Below are positions 45,441-55,139 of a stretch of 64,000 bases of DNA, in pieces. The notes beneath the pieces were generated by a model. The model saw only the letters and a program-made list of their open reading frames with translations. It did no database searches and was not told where the DNA came from. The translations under genes were made by a program, and so were the position numbers. Each line of letters starts with the position of its first letter. The stretch's first letter is position 1. The stretch is taken from positions 248,001-312,000 of IMG/VR virus record IMGVR_UViG_3300021197_001489; one strand, given 5' to 3'.

Positions 45441-45725
45441 ATGTTTAATATGACTACAAGTAACGTAACTACCAAGCAGGACAAGGTCCTCACTGCACTT
45501 ATGGCTGGCGAGCAGCTTACTGGCAAGCAAATTTCAGCACGTTTTGGTGTTGGCAATGCCCGTGCAACTGTATCAGCTCTACGCATGAAAGGCTTTGCCA
45601 TTTATGCTAACGAGTCAACAGATACAAAAGGTCGCGTAAAGATCAAGTATCGTATTGGTCGCCCAAGCCGCGCTGTTGTTGCTGCTGGTTATAAGGCACT
45701 TGCTGCTGCTTCACGTGCAGCCTAA
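45441..45725 (+). CDS. Winged-helix/HTH DNA-binding protein
   Basis: VLTALMAGEQLTGKQISARFGVGNARATVSALRMKG; basic. Confidence 0.7.
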   Translation: MFNMTTSNVTTKQDKVLTALMAGEQLTGKQISARFGVGNARATVSALRMKGFAIYANESTDTKGRVKIKYRIGRPSRAVVAAGYKALAAASRAA

Positions 45726-45746
45726 TCTACTTTAGACTGCATTTGG

Positions 45747-45775
45747 GAAAGCCACCTTCGGGTGGCTTTCTTTTT
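45747..45775 (+). terminator. Rho-independent terminator with UUCG tetraloop
   Basis: GAAAGCCACC-TTCG-GGTGGCTTTC-TTTTT. Confidence 0.92.
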
Positions 45776-45787
45776 ATAAGTAGTAGT

Positions 45788-47674
45788 ATGAAGAACGTAT
45801 ATCTGGCACAAATGAGCTTGGAATTGCCAGGATCGAACTATTATTATTTTCCATACAGTATTGGAGTGGTTTGGGCATACGCAACTACACAACCTGATAT
45901 AAATGAAAACTATCAATTGTGTAATATTTTTAGCGTAAAAGAGCCAATCGACCGTTTAATGGAAAAAATTGTTGATCCAGGAATACTTGGACTTTCAAGT
46001 TATACATGGAACACCATGTACAACGAGGAACTTGCACGACGTGTCAAAGAAAAGTATCCTGAATGCACAGTGATAATTGGTGGGCCAAATACGCCTAACA
46101 ACAGCGAAGGGTATTTTGAAACCCGCCCTTATGTAGATTTTATAACACATCAAGAAGGCGAGGGGTCATTTACTGGATTACTTCGGCATCTTGTGGGCAA
46201 GCAGGAACTGATGGAAATTGCTGGGATCAGCATCAATAACAACGGCAAAACTGTAATGACCGGGCCAAGTCAACGTGTGGCTCTCGACGATGTACCATCC
46301 CCATATCTCATGGGCCTGTTTGACAACATCAAAACTGAACACCCGAACTTGATATTTAATGGTGTGCTCGAGACCAATAGAGGATGTCCGTTTATGTGTA
46401 CATTCTGTGACTGGGGCGGCACAACATTTTCAAAACTAAAACGTTTTGGCATGCAACGCATAGCTGACGAAATTGACTGGATGGGTCGCAACAAGATTGA
46501 AATGGTTGTAAACAGTGATGCCAACTTTGGTATACTCAAAGAACGCGATGTACTCATTGCAGATATGTTGATTGAGACCAAACAAAAGTACGGCTTTCCT
46601 GTACTGTTTGATACAAACTGGAGCAAGAACGCAACAACACAACTAGTCGACATTGCTGTCAAACTTATGGAAGCGCAGATGATGAGACGCTTTACCATGG
46701 CATTGCAAAGCACTAACCAAGACGTCTTAAAGAATATTAAACGTGTAAATCTCAAAGAAGAAGCAATGACTCGTGTTGCAGAAACTGCCTTTAGCAATGG
46801 CATGAGCGTTAACACCGAATTAATTATTGGCCTGCCTGGTGAAACATGGGAGTCATGGACTTCTGGTTTGTGTCATCTATTAAGTAGGGATATTATTGTT
46901 GAAGCGTATCCTGTGACTATATTGATGAACAGTGAAATGGGCCAGGATGACTATATTGACAAACATGGTATCACATCAACAACACTAAAAAGTTTTTTCT
47001 CTAAGTATGTTGATGAATGGCAAATCATGCTTACTGGAACAAACACATTGCCCGAAGCACAGATGAAAAAATTATGGTTATGGACTTGGCTTACATCAAT
47101 GATGGATGCAAATGGATATACACAGGTTGTATCGCGCTATCTCAACAAACGTCACGGCGTGCCATTTGAAAAGTTCTACGAGCGGCTGCTGGACTATGGA
47201 CTTGAAACACCCGATAGTGCGTTTCATCCTTGGTTGCACAAGTGGCAAGACTATGCTGAACAACTGGAGTTCAACATGTTTCTAGCCGGACTAACTTATT
47301 CACCTGTGATGCAAGACCTTGGACTGCACAAACGACAGCAAACCTATCAGGACATTTACGCTGTAGCACAGGAATTTGCTCCGCAAGATACACTGTTGCA
47401 GGATGTTATGATAGCGCAAGAGAGGCAACAAACCATATTCAATCACGAAGAAACAACCAAAATTACACTGAACGCCAATGTGTTTGAATACTCGTTGGGC
47501 AAAGAAGAATTAGATATTGCGCCAACAAGCTATGTATTCCACAGGGCATATCCGCCAAAAGGCACAAATCCTAGCTGGGTTGAGTGGTATAACAGTACTA
47601 GAAAAAACAAAAAGTGGCAGGCTAGGGTAGAAAAAATCACAAAAAAAGCAACTCTTTTTCACGAAAACGGTTGA
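45788..47674 (+). CDS. B12-binding radical SAM protein
   Basis: N-terminal cobalamin-binding-like domain (GLSSYTWN, IIGGP, EGE); TNRGCPFMCTFC (CxxxCxxC); D.NFG; ELIIGLPGET. TATAAGTA promoter at 45775. Confidence 0.92.
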   Translation: MKNVYLAQMSLELPGSNYYYFPYSIGVVWAYATTQPDINENYQLCNIFSVKEPIDRLMEKIVDPGILGLSSYTWNTMYNEELARRVKEKYPECTVIIGGPNTPNNSEGYFETRPYVDFITHQEGEGSFTGLLRHLVGKQELMEIAGISINNNGKTVMTGPSQRVALDDVPSPYLMGLFDNIKTEHPNLIFNGVLETNRGCPFMCTFCDWGGTTFSKLKRFGMQRIADEIDWMGRNKIEMVVNSDANFGILKERDVLIADMLIETKQKYGFPVLFDTNWSKNATTQLVDIAVKLMEAQMMRRFTMALQSTNQDVLKNIKRVNLKEEAMTRVAETAFSNGMSVNTELIIGLPGETWESWTSGLCHLLSRDIIVEAYPVTILMNSEMGQDDYIDKHGITSTTLKSFFSKYVDEWQIMLTGTNTLPEAQMKKLWLWTWLTSMMDANGYTQVVSRYLNKRHGVPFEKFYERLLDYGLETPDSAFHPWLHKWQDYAEQLEFNMFLAGLTYSPVMQDLGLHKRQQTYQDIYAVAQEFAPQDTLLQDVMIAQERQQTIFNHEETTKITLNANVFEYSLGKEELDIAPTSYVFHRAYPPKGTNPSWVEWYNSTRKNKKWQARVEKITKKATLFHENG

Positions 47675-47722
47675 CATAAGCTATAAACCTGTTATACTGT
47701 ATGTACAGTTAGAAACAAGGAG
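47669..47722 (+). promoter_or_regulatory. Early promoter with conserved leader (copy 3)
   Basis: ggTTGACA-17-TATACT gtatgtacagttagaaacaaggag. Confidence 0.85.
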
Positions 47723-48103
47723 ATGCTTATGCCACAGATTTTTACAGTTTATCAGATCGTTATTGACAAAGACCTTAGTGATCTTATCAACAAAGAAGGT
47801 CACGGTTGTCATGTAAAGAGCCTGGCTCGCATGCAAGCAATGCTGGAAGGCGATGTGCGTCTTGGTGTAATGCATGATTGTTACACAAAGGTAGCAGAAG
47901 TTGTTGCTGATGATTTGGAGCATGTGTTTGAAGTTGGTAACATTGGTCCTGAGGACCGTATTACACGCCTTGAAAAGATGACCAGCATCAGCGTTGGAGA
48001 CATTATTGCAGATGCAGATGGCGTCTGTAGTGTAGTTAACAATGTTGGATTTACTCCACTTGCACCGTCATTCCACAAAATGGTATTGAAGGAGGCAGCA
48101 TAA
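47723..48103 (+). CDS. Early hypothetical protein
   Basis: Follows the leader; SISVGDII motif. Confidence 0.6.
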   Translation: MLMPQIFTVYQIVIDKDLSDLINKEGHGCHVKSLARMQAMLEGDVRLGVMHDCYTKVAEVVADDLEHVFEVGNIGPEDRITRLEKMTSISVGDIIADADGVCSVVNNVGFTPLAPSFHKMVLKEAA

Positions 48104-48242
48104 TGTATGAAGTATTTCTATGTGGAGTAGGCACTATTCCTAATCGCAAGTTTCGCACTGTAGAAGATGCAGTTAAGCATGCGAAAAAACTTAACAGAGA
48201 CGCGCAAATCTTTAAAGTGCGCGAGGCTTTTACTCCTGTCAA

Positions 48243-48455
48243 ATGGGTTTTCGCGAGGCGCTAATGGGACATCCAGCAGAAAGCATCAACACCAAGGACC
48301 ACTGGGCAGTTGGCTTTGAGTGGCCAGTTGTTGGGAGCAAGGGCGATTTATACACAGTTGAAATGACACATTATGGTTTTGAGTGTGATTGTCCTGCATA
48401 CAGAAAGTGCAAGCATATCAAAAGCATTGAGGAGAGGTTTAATGACCAAGACTGA
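48243..48455 (+). CDS. SWIM zinc-finger protein
   Basis: YTV...ECDCPAYRKCKHI. Confidence 0.75.
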   Translation: MGFREALMGHPAESINTKDHWAVGFEWPVVGSKGDLYTVEMTHYGFECDCPAYRKCKHIKSIEERFNDQD

Positions 48456-49086
48456 TCCGGTGGCGTTTAGCGCAGAAGATATTTGGGGTGCGGCTGCACA
48501 TGCAACTCGCGTCAACGAGGGCTATTTGAAAGAAGATGAATACAACTGGAACACTGCTCGGTTAACCAAACATGCAAACAGAGATGTTGCCAAGAAAGCA
48601 CTGGCTGAAAGCACTATCACAGAGGCTGATCGCAAGGAGGGCATGGAGGCACGGCACTTCTTGCACAGCCGACTAACAATGAAGGCGCTGTCCAAGCGAC
48701 TCACAGATTTTGAAGCAGGACTTGCCAAAGCAGTGGCATTAGACGAGTTTATTGTGCCGCAAGACAGAATGATGATTGGCATTGTTAACAGTCAAATAGT
48801 CAGCTATCATCGCCAGCTTCAAGAAGAATCAATGACCAAGGATGCAGTGTGGGGATATGTAGCAGAAGTTGGCCTGCGTGTTGACTTAAAAGTGACACCG
48901 ACTGCACGTTTTTGGATTGACAGATACGACACTTTCCGTTATAATAGTATTACAAAAGACGGATATAAAGCCAGCTTCTACTACAGAGAAAGACTTGAAG
49001 TAGGCAATACAGTGGAAGTTCGCGGCACTGTTAAGAAACATGCGGACAATACAACATATCTTAATCGCGTAAAGATTGAAGGGTAG
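48442..49086 (+). CDS. Hypothetical protein with possible C-terminal OB-like domain
   Basis: GGAG RBS; C-terminal VEVRGTVKKH...TYLNRVK. Confidence 0.55.
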   Translation: MTKTDPVAFSAEDIWGAAAHATRVNEGYLKEDEYNWNTARLTKHANRDVAKKALAESTITEADRKEGMEARHFLHSRLTMKALSKRLTDFEAGLAKAVALDEFIVPQDRMMIGIVNSQIVSYHRQLQEESMTKDAVWGYVAEVGLRVDLKVTPTARFWIDRYDTFRYNSITKDGYKASFYYRERLEVGNTVEVRGTVKKHADNTTYLNRVKIEG

Positions 49087-49092
49087 AATAAA

Positions 49093-49473
49093 ATGGAAAA
49101 GAAGTTTACAGTTGCAGGTACTGCTACACAGCATGGTATTACCAAAGTGCGTTTTGCAAACGACTATGTAAGTCGTTACAAGATCCTAATCAAGAATGGC
49201 TGTGACCCAATTAACCTTGTTGAGTTGCCGGAGCCAATGACCAAAATGGAGGCTCTCAAGTATATGGACAGCCTCAAGTGGGACGGTGACGATGGCTATG
49301 CAGTTAGTGCAAAGCTCTATGAGAAGATGAAGGAAATCAAAAAAGGCGAGTACAAGAAAGAAATTTCTATTGCTGAGATCCGTTCACGCAAGGTGGATGT
49401 GACTCCTGCGGATATTCTTGAGCAGACTGGCTTTGTTGATGTTGATTGCAGTGAGCTTGAGTTAGAGGACTAA
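49093..49473 (+). CDS. Hypothetical protein
   Basis: FTVAGTA...KVRFAND...LVELPEPMTK.EA. Confidence 0.6.
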   Translation: MEKKFTVAGTATQHGITKVRFANDYVSRYKILIKNGCDPINLVELPEPMTKMEALKYMDSLKWDGDDGYAVSAKLYEKMKEIKKGEYKKEISIAEIRSRKVDVTPADILEQTGFVDVDCSELELED

Positions 49474-49475
49474 GC

Positions 49476-49805
49476 ATGGCACAGGCACTGAGTTTTTGTA
49501 AAGGTTGCATGACTGATGCTGCGTGGGCACCAGGCGGACTTTGTCCAACCTGTATGTTGCGCGAGCAAATAGAAAAAAGTCAGCAGCCGCAAACTGCAGG
49601 ATACACTTATAACCCAGACGTTGAACCTCCAATGAATTTACTTGGGCAGTTTCTTGGTATGATTGCTGGTTGGGGACTAACAGTTGGGTTATTTATATGG
49701 GTATTTAAAGATGACACATACTGGAACTGTGTACTGGACGCTTTGATGCTGCCATTTTGGGCTCTGTTCTATTTGGCTTCTTTTATACTTCATATATTCA
49801 CGTAA
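49476..49805 (+). CDS. Zn-ribbon-like membrane protein
   Basis: CKGC...CPTC plus two TM helices. Confidence 0.5.
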   Translation: MAQALSFCKGCMTDAAWAPGGLCPTCMLREQIEKSQQPQTAGYTYNPDVEPPMNLLGQFLGMIAGWGLTVGLFIWVFKDDTYWNCVLDALMLPFWALFYLASFILHIFT

Positions 49806-49811
49806 ACTACA

Positions 49812-50126
49812 GTGTCATATGACGTGCAACTAAATATTCTTGATATGTTCAATAGCAAAGAAGAACTTGACGATCTCTTTGGAAATGACGAAGGCGTAGC
49901 GGCAATGGTAATTGCCCTGTGTGCTACAATGTATGACAATGGGATTAGAGTAATACACATTGGAGGACTCATGCGTATGCTGGGTGTGCCCAATAAGGAT
50001 GCTCAAAAACATGATCACGAATGTTTTGAGTTAGGTGATAACTTCTATGAACAAATTGAAGAAATGGGCTTTGAACGAATCGATGAACATGCACTGCATC
50101 TCAATGTCAATCAAACTGTGCATTAA
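49812..50126 (+). CDS. Hypothetical protein
   Basis: 104-aa ORF in the operon. Confidence 0.5.
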   Translation: MSYDVQLNILDMFNSKEELDDLFGNDEGVAAMVIALCATMYDNGIRVIHIGGLMRMLGVPNKDAQKHDHECFELGDNFYEQIEEMGFERIDEHALHLNVNQTVH

Positions 50127-50148
50127 TTTTAAAACTTAGGAGAATACA

Positions 50149-50325
50149 ATGTCATCTCATGATACACTCGTAGAACAAATGGAAGCATACTTGGCTGAAA
50201 ATGCCAAGTTCACTGATAAAAAAGTTAAAGCAGCGGCTACTCGTGCCAGAGGTGCTTTGCAGGCAATTGGCAAAGCTGTCAAAGAGCGCCGCAAAGAAAT
50301 TATCGAAGAGAAGAATGCTCTCTAA
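50149..50325 (+). CDS. Histone H1-like (Hc1-type) small basic protein (not in ORF track)
   Basis: TAGGAG RBS; MSSHDTLVEQMEAYLAENAKFTDKKVKAAATRARGALQAIGKAVKERRKEIIEEKNAL. Confidence 0.7.
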   Translation: MSSHDTLVEQMEAYLAENAKFTDKKVKAAATRARGALQAIGKAVKERRKEIIEEKNAL

Positions 50326-50355
50326 AACCTAACTATCAATTTACAAGGAACAGTC

Positions 50356-50712
50356 ATGGATAACGATTATATTACGTTAATTGATCATACTGCGTTAGGT
50401 GAGGACGATTTAACACCCTATAGTATAAATGTTCCTTGTAACTTGATCGATGAGGACAATATTTTTTCAATGAATCACGAAGTAAGTGGAAAAATGGTCA
50501 TAAATGGCAAAGATGCCGACATTGAAATTAATGGTGTTAGCATCACTGAAACACTGAGTGGTATCCAAGAAAGACTGGCTATCCTGCAACCCAACCCAGA
50601 ACTAGAAAAAGAATTTTTAGAGCTGGCCAAAATTAGAAAACAATATACCAAACTTGAAAAAACATTGCTTGAAAAGAAAGCAGTGTGGGACGCTCTCGGA
50701 AGGGATGATTAA
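50356..50712 (+). CDS. Hypothetical protein
   Basis: AAGGA RBS; 118 aa. Confidence 0.55.
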   Translation: MDNDYITLIDHTALGEDDLTPYSINVPCNLIDEDNIFSMNHEVSGKMVINGKDADIEINGVSITETLSGIQERLAILQPNPELEKEFLELAKIRKQYTKLEKTLLEKKAVWDALGRDD

Positions 50713-51032
50713 TGACATATGTAGTCACTGAGGCCTGCATTAAGTGCAAGCATCAAGACTGTGTCGAAGTATGCCCTGTAGATTGTTTCTATGAAGGCCC
50801 AAACTTTCTCACAATTGACCCTGATGAGTGTATTGACTGTGCAGTTTGTGTGCCAGAATGTCCTGTTGATGCAATTGTACCTGATTCAGAATCTGACCAA
50901 TTTTGGCTTGATCTTAATGCTGAACTGGCTATACTGTGGAAAGACAACAACATCACTGAAGTTGGCGAAGTTCCTGCAGATGCAGCCGAATGGAAAGACG
51001 TCAAGCTAAAATTGCACCTGCTAGAACGATAA
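50712..51032 (+). CDS. fdxA: Ferredoxin (FdxA-type, two Fe-S clusters)
   Basis: [29 protein letters not shown]...[17 protein letters not shown]. Confidence 0.96.
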   Translation: MTYVVTEACIKCKHQDCVEVCPVDCFYEGPNFLTIDPDECIDCAVCVPECPVDAIVPDSESDQFWLDLNAELAILWKDNNITEVGEVPADAAEWKDVKLKLHLLER

Positions 51033-51035
51033 TTT

Positions 51036-51075
51036 GGTTGACTTTGTCGCACACTATGTTATACTGTATACAGTG
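51036..51075 (+). promoter_or_regulatory. Early promoter with variant palindromic leader
   Basis: ggTTGACT-17-TATACT gtatacagt. Confidence 0.75.
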
Positions 51076-51098
51076 AAATTAGACGGAGCAGCTATCAA

Positions 51099-51482
51099 AT
51101 GACTATGCATTTAGTGAGAGGCATGTCCAGCCTCAAAACACAAGGTCATAAACACACAGGTTTGACACAGCGAGACAGAGACGCCAAAGTCGCACATGAT
51201 AAATGGTTGCGCGAGCGTGGATTGCATCCTACACAACTCAAAGCAAAACTTCCGCATAATGCAAAAGGCAAACGCTTAGGTGTAGGTACGATGCCTGACT
51301 ATAGCTCAAGGCAAGAAACTGTGCCCACTAGTGATCGTATTATGGCTACTGCAACCAAGAAGCATGAGAATACATATACAGGTAACGAGATTGCAGGCAT
51401 TGGATTGTTACACAAAAGTAATCTTGTTCCTGTGCGCAAGGACAGTAACGACGCAAAAGAAATTGCTAGAATGAGGAGATAA
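51099..51482 (+). CDS. Basic hypothetical protein
   Basis: MHLVRG...YTG.EI.GIGLLHKSNLVPV. Confidence 0.6.
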   Translation: MTMHLVRGMSSLKTQGHKHTGLTQRDRDAKVAHDKWLRERGLHPTQLKAKLPHNAKGKRLGVGTMPDYSSRQETVPTSDRIMATATKKHENTYTGNEIAGIGLLHKSNLVPVRKDSNDAKEIARMRR

Positions 51483-52107
51483 CAGTGGCACTTGGCAGCG
51501 TTGGACAGAATCTATTACACGCTCTGCAATGGGAAATATATGACTTTAGGGTAGCAGACGCTAAGGAGCAATGGGATCTAGACCAAGATGAAGCAGCGGC
51601 TGTTGAAAAGTGGATGGTTAATCGTATCGAACAACTTAGGAAACAGAGGGACGAATGAAACATTTGGTGGTTGATACTGTAAACAAAGTAACACAAACAA
51701 CTCGTTTATATACCTATGACATTGACGAGCCGCAACAGGTCACACAGTTGCTGGAAAAACACAACAACAATAATGAATTTGTTGCTGCTTACAAGGTGAT
51801 TGAGCATGAAGCGAGTGTATAGTGTAACCATTAATGGTGCTAACGATTGTGTGTGTATGACTGAGTCAGAAGCATCATTTGTTACTTTGAAGTTTGCTGA
51901 AAAATTAAAAATGTATGACATGACTGCACGTCACGGAATGAAGCCTGAACACTTGCACAAATTACAACGCTATGAAGATGCATTGTTGCCTCATAACTGT
52001 GTGCGAGTTGGCGCAAAGCCTATCTACACCAAGGGCATTGGTCCAGGACAATTTGGCGGCTCTGCACAAGTGATGTGGGAATTTCAAGACCTAATGGAGA
52101 TGAAAAT

Positions 52108-52386
52108 ATGACTAAGTATACACAACAAATTGAGCAAGACGGCGTAAAGGCTGCATTGATCAATGGAATTATTGAAGTTGCATTTACCAAAGCAGATGGT
52201 AGTTTGCGCAAAATGAATGCTACACTGTTAGAAAGTGTAGTTCCTAAAGCAAACAAGGAGGACCCTCTAAGCACCAAAGCAGTGCGCAAAGTCTCACCAG
52301 AAGTTTGCGTAATTTGGGATGTTGATGCCAACTGTTGGAAAAGTTTCCGCTGGGATCGACTGAAAACTGTAGAGGAGAAAACTTGA
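52108..52386 (+). CDS. WYL_2/SH3-like beta-barrel phage protein
   Basis: VAFTKADGSLRKMNATL...WDV....WKSFRWD. Confidence 0.7.
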   Translation: MTKYTQQIEQDGVKAALINGIIEVAFTKADGSLRKMNATLLESVVPKANKEDPLSTKAVRKVSPEVCVIWDVDANCWKSFRWDRLKTVEEKT

Positions 52387-52601
52387 GTAAAGAAGGACTT
52401 GTTACTTTTGAAGGTAAGGTAACTGAATTGCTACGTGGTGGTATGTTTCGCGTAATTATCGAAGGTAATGGCCACGAACTTATAGCACAATTAAACGGTC
52501 GAATGCGCATGCACAAAATCAAAGTGCTGTCTGGCGATACTGTGGAATTAGAAGTATCGCCATATGATCTTTCTAAAGGCCGTATTACCCGGCGTCGGTA
52601 A
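52383..52601 (+). CDS. infA: Translation initiation factor IF-1
   Basis: TTG start after GAGGAG; FEGKVTELL...FRV...G.MRMHKIKVL.GD.V.LEVSPYDLSKGRIT.R. Confidence 0.95.
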   Translation: MSKEGLVTFEGKVTELLRGGMFRVIIEGNGHELIAQLNGRMRMHKIKVLSGDTVELEVSPYDLSKGRITRRR

Positions 52602-52631
52602 ATATTCCTGTAACAACAACAAGGAACTCCT

Positions 52632-53090
52632 GTGCTATCAAAATTAGATTTCAAACAAATAGTAAACATTCTTGGCGACGATCCAGTTCGACCACACCTC
52701 AATGGCAAATTTCGCTGCACCAAGGGTCGCGAAGTGTACGCACTCTATGAAGATCAATTTGCTGAACAAGCACCAGTTCTTCACAAAGGGCCACTGGCAG
52801 TAATTTGTGTAGCCTACACCAACGAAGTTCCAATCACTGAACAGGAACTTGAACAGTACAGTGATCCTAACGGAAACATTGCAGTGTTTTACACAGTGTG
52901 GAGTTACAACCGCGGCGCAGGACGACAGATTGTTCTGGATGTTGCAAGTTATTTGAAACGTGAGCGCAGCGTAACACGCTGGGTGACTCTTAGCCCACTT
53001 ACAGAAATGGCAGAACGTTTCCATTTACGCAACGGCGCCACACTGCTCGCACGTGGAGCGGAGTGCCAAAACTTTGAATACATGGTATGA
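52632..53090 (+). CDS. Hypothetical protein (acyltransferase-like fold possible)
   Basis: AVFYTVWSY..GAGR...VTLSP..EMAERFH..NGA. Confidence 0.5.
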   Translation: MLSKLDFKQIVNILGDDPVRPHLNGKFRCTKGREVYALYEDQFAEQAPVLHKGPLAVICVAYTNEVPITEQELEQYSDPNGNIAVFYTVWSYNRGAGRQIVLDVASYLKRERSVTRWVTLSPLTEMAERFHLRNGATLLARGAECQNFEYMV

Positions 53091-53797
53091 TTCTTCCAAT
53101 TACAGAAGTTGAACACTACACTGATCAACTGTTTCGTATCAAGCTAGAAAGACCGCAATCGTATAGATTTAATGCAGGTGAGTTTACCATGATTGGGCTG
53201 TCTAAAGGCGATATTAGTCGCGCATACAGCTTCACTAGCGGCCCTGGCGATGATTACCTAGAGTTTTACAGCATCAAAGTACTTAATGGCCCGCTTACAG
53301 GACGTTTACAGCATGTGAAACCTGGCGATACGTTAGAAGTTGGAGACAAACCCACAGGAAGTCTTACACTTGCAAATATTGAACTTGGCGGCAATTTATG
53401 GTTGTTAGCAACAGGCACAGGCATTGCGCCTTTTATCAGCATCCTGCGTGACCCTGCAACATATGATTGTTTTGACAGCGTAACAGTAGTTTGGAGTGTG
53501 CGCACAGAACCAGAGCTGGATGCGTATCAAGACTTTATTAACGAAATGCCTGTGCGTTTTATACCTGTGATTACACAGGCAGGCAATACGTGGAGAGGTC
53601 TAGACACCCGCATAACAAACTTGCTAGATTGGAAATGCATATTAGTAGACCGTGATCCTGCTCTAAACAAAGTGATGATTTGTGGCAGTCTTGACTTCAA
53701 CAATGATGTAAAAACACGTCTGACTGATTGGGGTTGGAGCGAAGGGAATCGCAAAAGTGCAGGCACATTTGTGGTTGAACGTGCATTTGTTGGATAA
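53087..53797 (+). CDS. fpr: Ferredoxin--NADP+ reductase (bacterial Fpr type)
   Basis: RAYS (FAD), G.LT, LATGTGIAPF, VMICGS, terminal ERAF. Confidence 0.94.
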   Translation: MILPITEVEHYTDQLFRIKLERPQSYRFNAGEFTMIGLSKGDISRAYSFTSGPGDDYLEFYSIKVLNGPLTGRLQHVKPGDTLEVGDKPTGSLTLANIELGGNLWLLATGTGIAPFISILRDPATYDCFDSVTVVWSVRTEPELDAYQDFINEMPVRFIPVITQAGNTWRGLDTRITNLLDWKCILVDRDPALNKVMICGSLDFNNDVKTRLTDWGWSEGNRKSAGTFVVERAFVG

Positions 53798-53804
53798 GTA
53801 CAAT

Positions 53805-54359
53805 ATGCAAGAAGATATCAGAAACCTTATACAATTAACCGAAGCCAAAGAAGAAAAACTTGCGGCTGATCCGTTACCATATAGCAGTGGTGATCTAGAA
53901 CCTGTACTGTCAAAAGACAACGTCGATTATCACTACAATGTGCTAACCAAAGGCTATGTAAATCGCTACAACAAAGGCGAAGGTGATCCGAAGTTTAATT
54001 ATGGTGGAGCAAAACTGCACAATCTTTTCTGGACACAACTACAACCACCTAAAGGATCAAACCGTCCTAAAGGGACGATTAAAGAGTTCATCGACAAGCA
54101 TCATGAAGACTATGACAATTTCAAAAAAGAAATGCTTGCTGCGGCTATGAGCATACAAGGTTCGGGTTGGGTATATCTTGCCAAAAACGGCAGTATAAAA
54201 ACTACACCCAATCAGTCATACAAAACTGATATACTGTTGCCAATTGATATGTGGGAACACAGTTTTATGGATTATATTCCAGCAAAAGATGCTAAGAAAA
54301 AATACATTGAAAACATGATGAAGATTGTTAACTGGGATGTTATTAACGGGAGACTATGA
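53805..54359 (+). CDS. sod: Fe/Mn superoxide dismutase
   Basis: LPY...LEP, ligand His (DYH), LHNLFW, GSGW..L, DMWEH. Confidence 0.9.
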   Translation: MQEDIRNLIQLTEAKEEKLAADPLPYSSGDLEPVLSKDNVDYHYNVLTKGYVNRYNKGEGDPKFNYGGAKLHNLFWTQLQPPKGSNRPKGTIKEFIDKHHEDYDNFKKEMLAAAMSIQGSGWVYLAKNGSIKTTPNQSYKTDILLPIDMWEHSFMDYIPAKDAKKKYIENMMKIVNWDVINGRL

Positions 54360-54526
54360 TGATTAAAAAATTTATTACAAGCAGACTTGACGAGCGCACT
54401 AGTTGGGACGGCGCGGCACTTATTGCAATTGGTGTAATTATACTGATTGCAGGACCGTTTGCCAAACTTGCAGCTTATGCAGCTATAGCTTATGGAGCAT
54501 GGACAATATGGAAAAAAGAACAGTAA
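54356..54526 (+). CDS. Small two-TM membrane protein (not in ORF track)
   Basis: MMIKKFITSRLDERTSWDGAALIAIG...GAWTIWKKEQ. Confidence 0.55.
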   Translation: MMIKKFITSRLDERTSWDGAALIAIGVIILIAGPFAKLAAYAAIAYGAWTIWKKEQ

Positions 54527-55011
54527 AACTTGCACTGGTTGCAATCTTATGTTTTGGTCTTGGAATACTGGCAACCTGGATTGGTTGCTCAATTTGGGAC
54601 AAACACAGCCACAGGATAACTTGGGAGTACCCAATTACCAAAATTAATGGAGAAACTCCTCCGGGCAAAATGCAGCCATTGGTAAACACTGAAACCATGC
54701 TTGATACAACACAAAGCGACGGTATGCGTTTGGTAGTGATGAAAGGCACACGACTTGCAGGAACTAGAGTTGCAATACATGTGCATCAATACGGTGGTCA
54801 CACCTGTGTACTCGAAGGAACCATAACTGATTTTGTTGAAGGTAAACCAAACGGCGTTTATCCAGCAGGCACCTGTTATTATATGCCAGCAAATACTCCA
54901 ATGAGTGCTGCCAATCTTGGAACAGAAGATGCATTATTAATTGATACATTTGTTCTTCCGTTTGATGTTCCAACGATTACAATAATGGAGCCAGGGTATG
55001 ACACAGAATAA
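54508..55011 (+). CDS. Cupin-domain protein with N-terminal TM/signal
   Basis: IHVHQYGGHTCVLEG...GTCYYMPANTPMSAAN. Confidence 0.75.
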   Translation: MEKRTVKLALVAILCFGLGILATWIGCSIWDKHSHRITWEYPITKINGETPPGKMQPLVNTETMLDTTQSDGMRLVVMKGTRLAGTRVAIHVHQYGGHTCVLEGTITDFVEGKPNGVYPAGTCYYMPANTPMSAANLGTEDALLIDTFVLPFDVPTITIMEPGYDTE

Positions 55012-55139
55012 ACCGGCAATGGCTCCTAAAGAGCCAGGGCAAAAACCCAAGAATAAATGGGACTACAGTAAAGAATACAGCGAGCGTGACTGGATGCGAA
55101 CTGTAGGCTACGGAACGCCAGATGGAAAGTATTTCAAAG

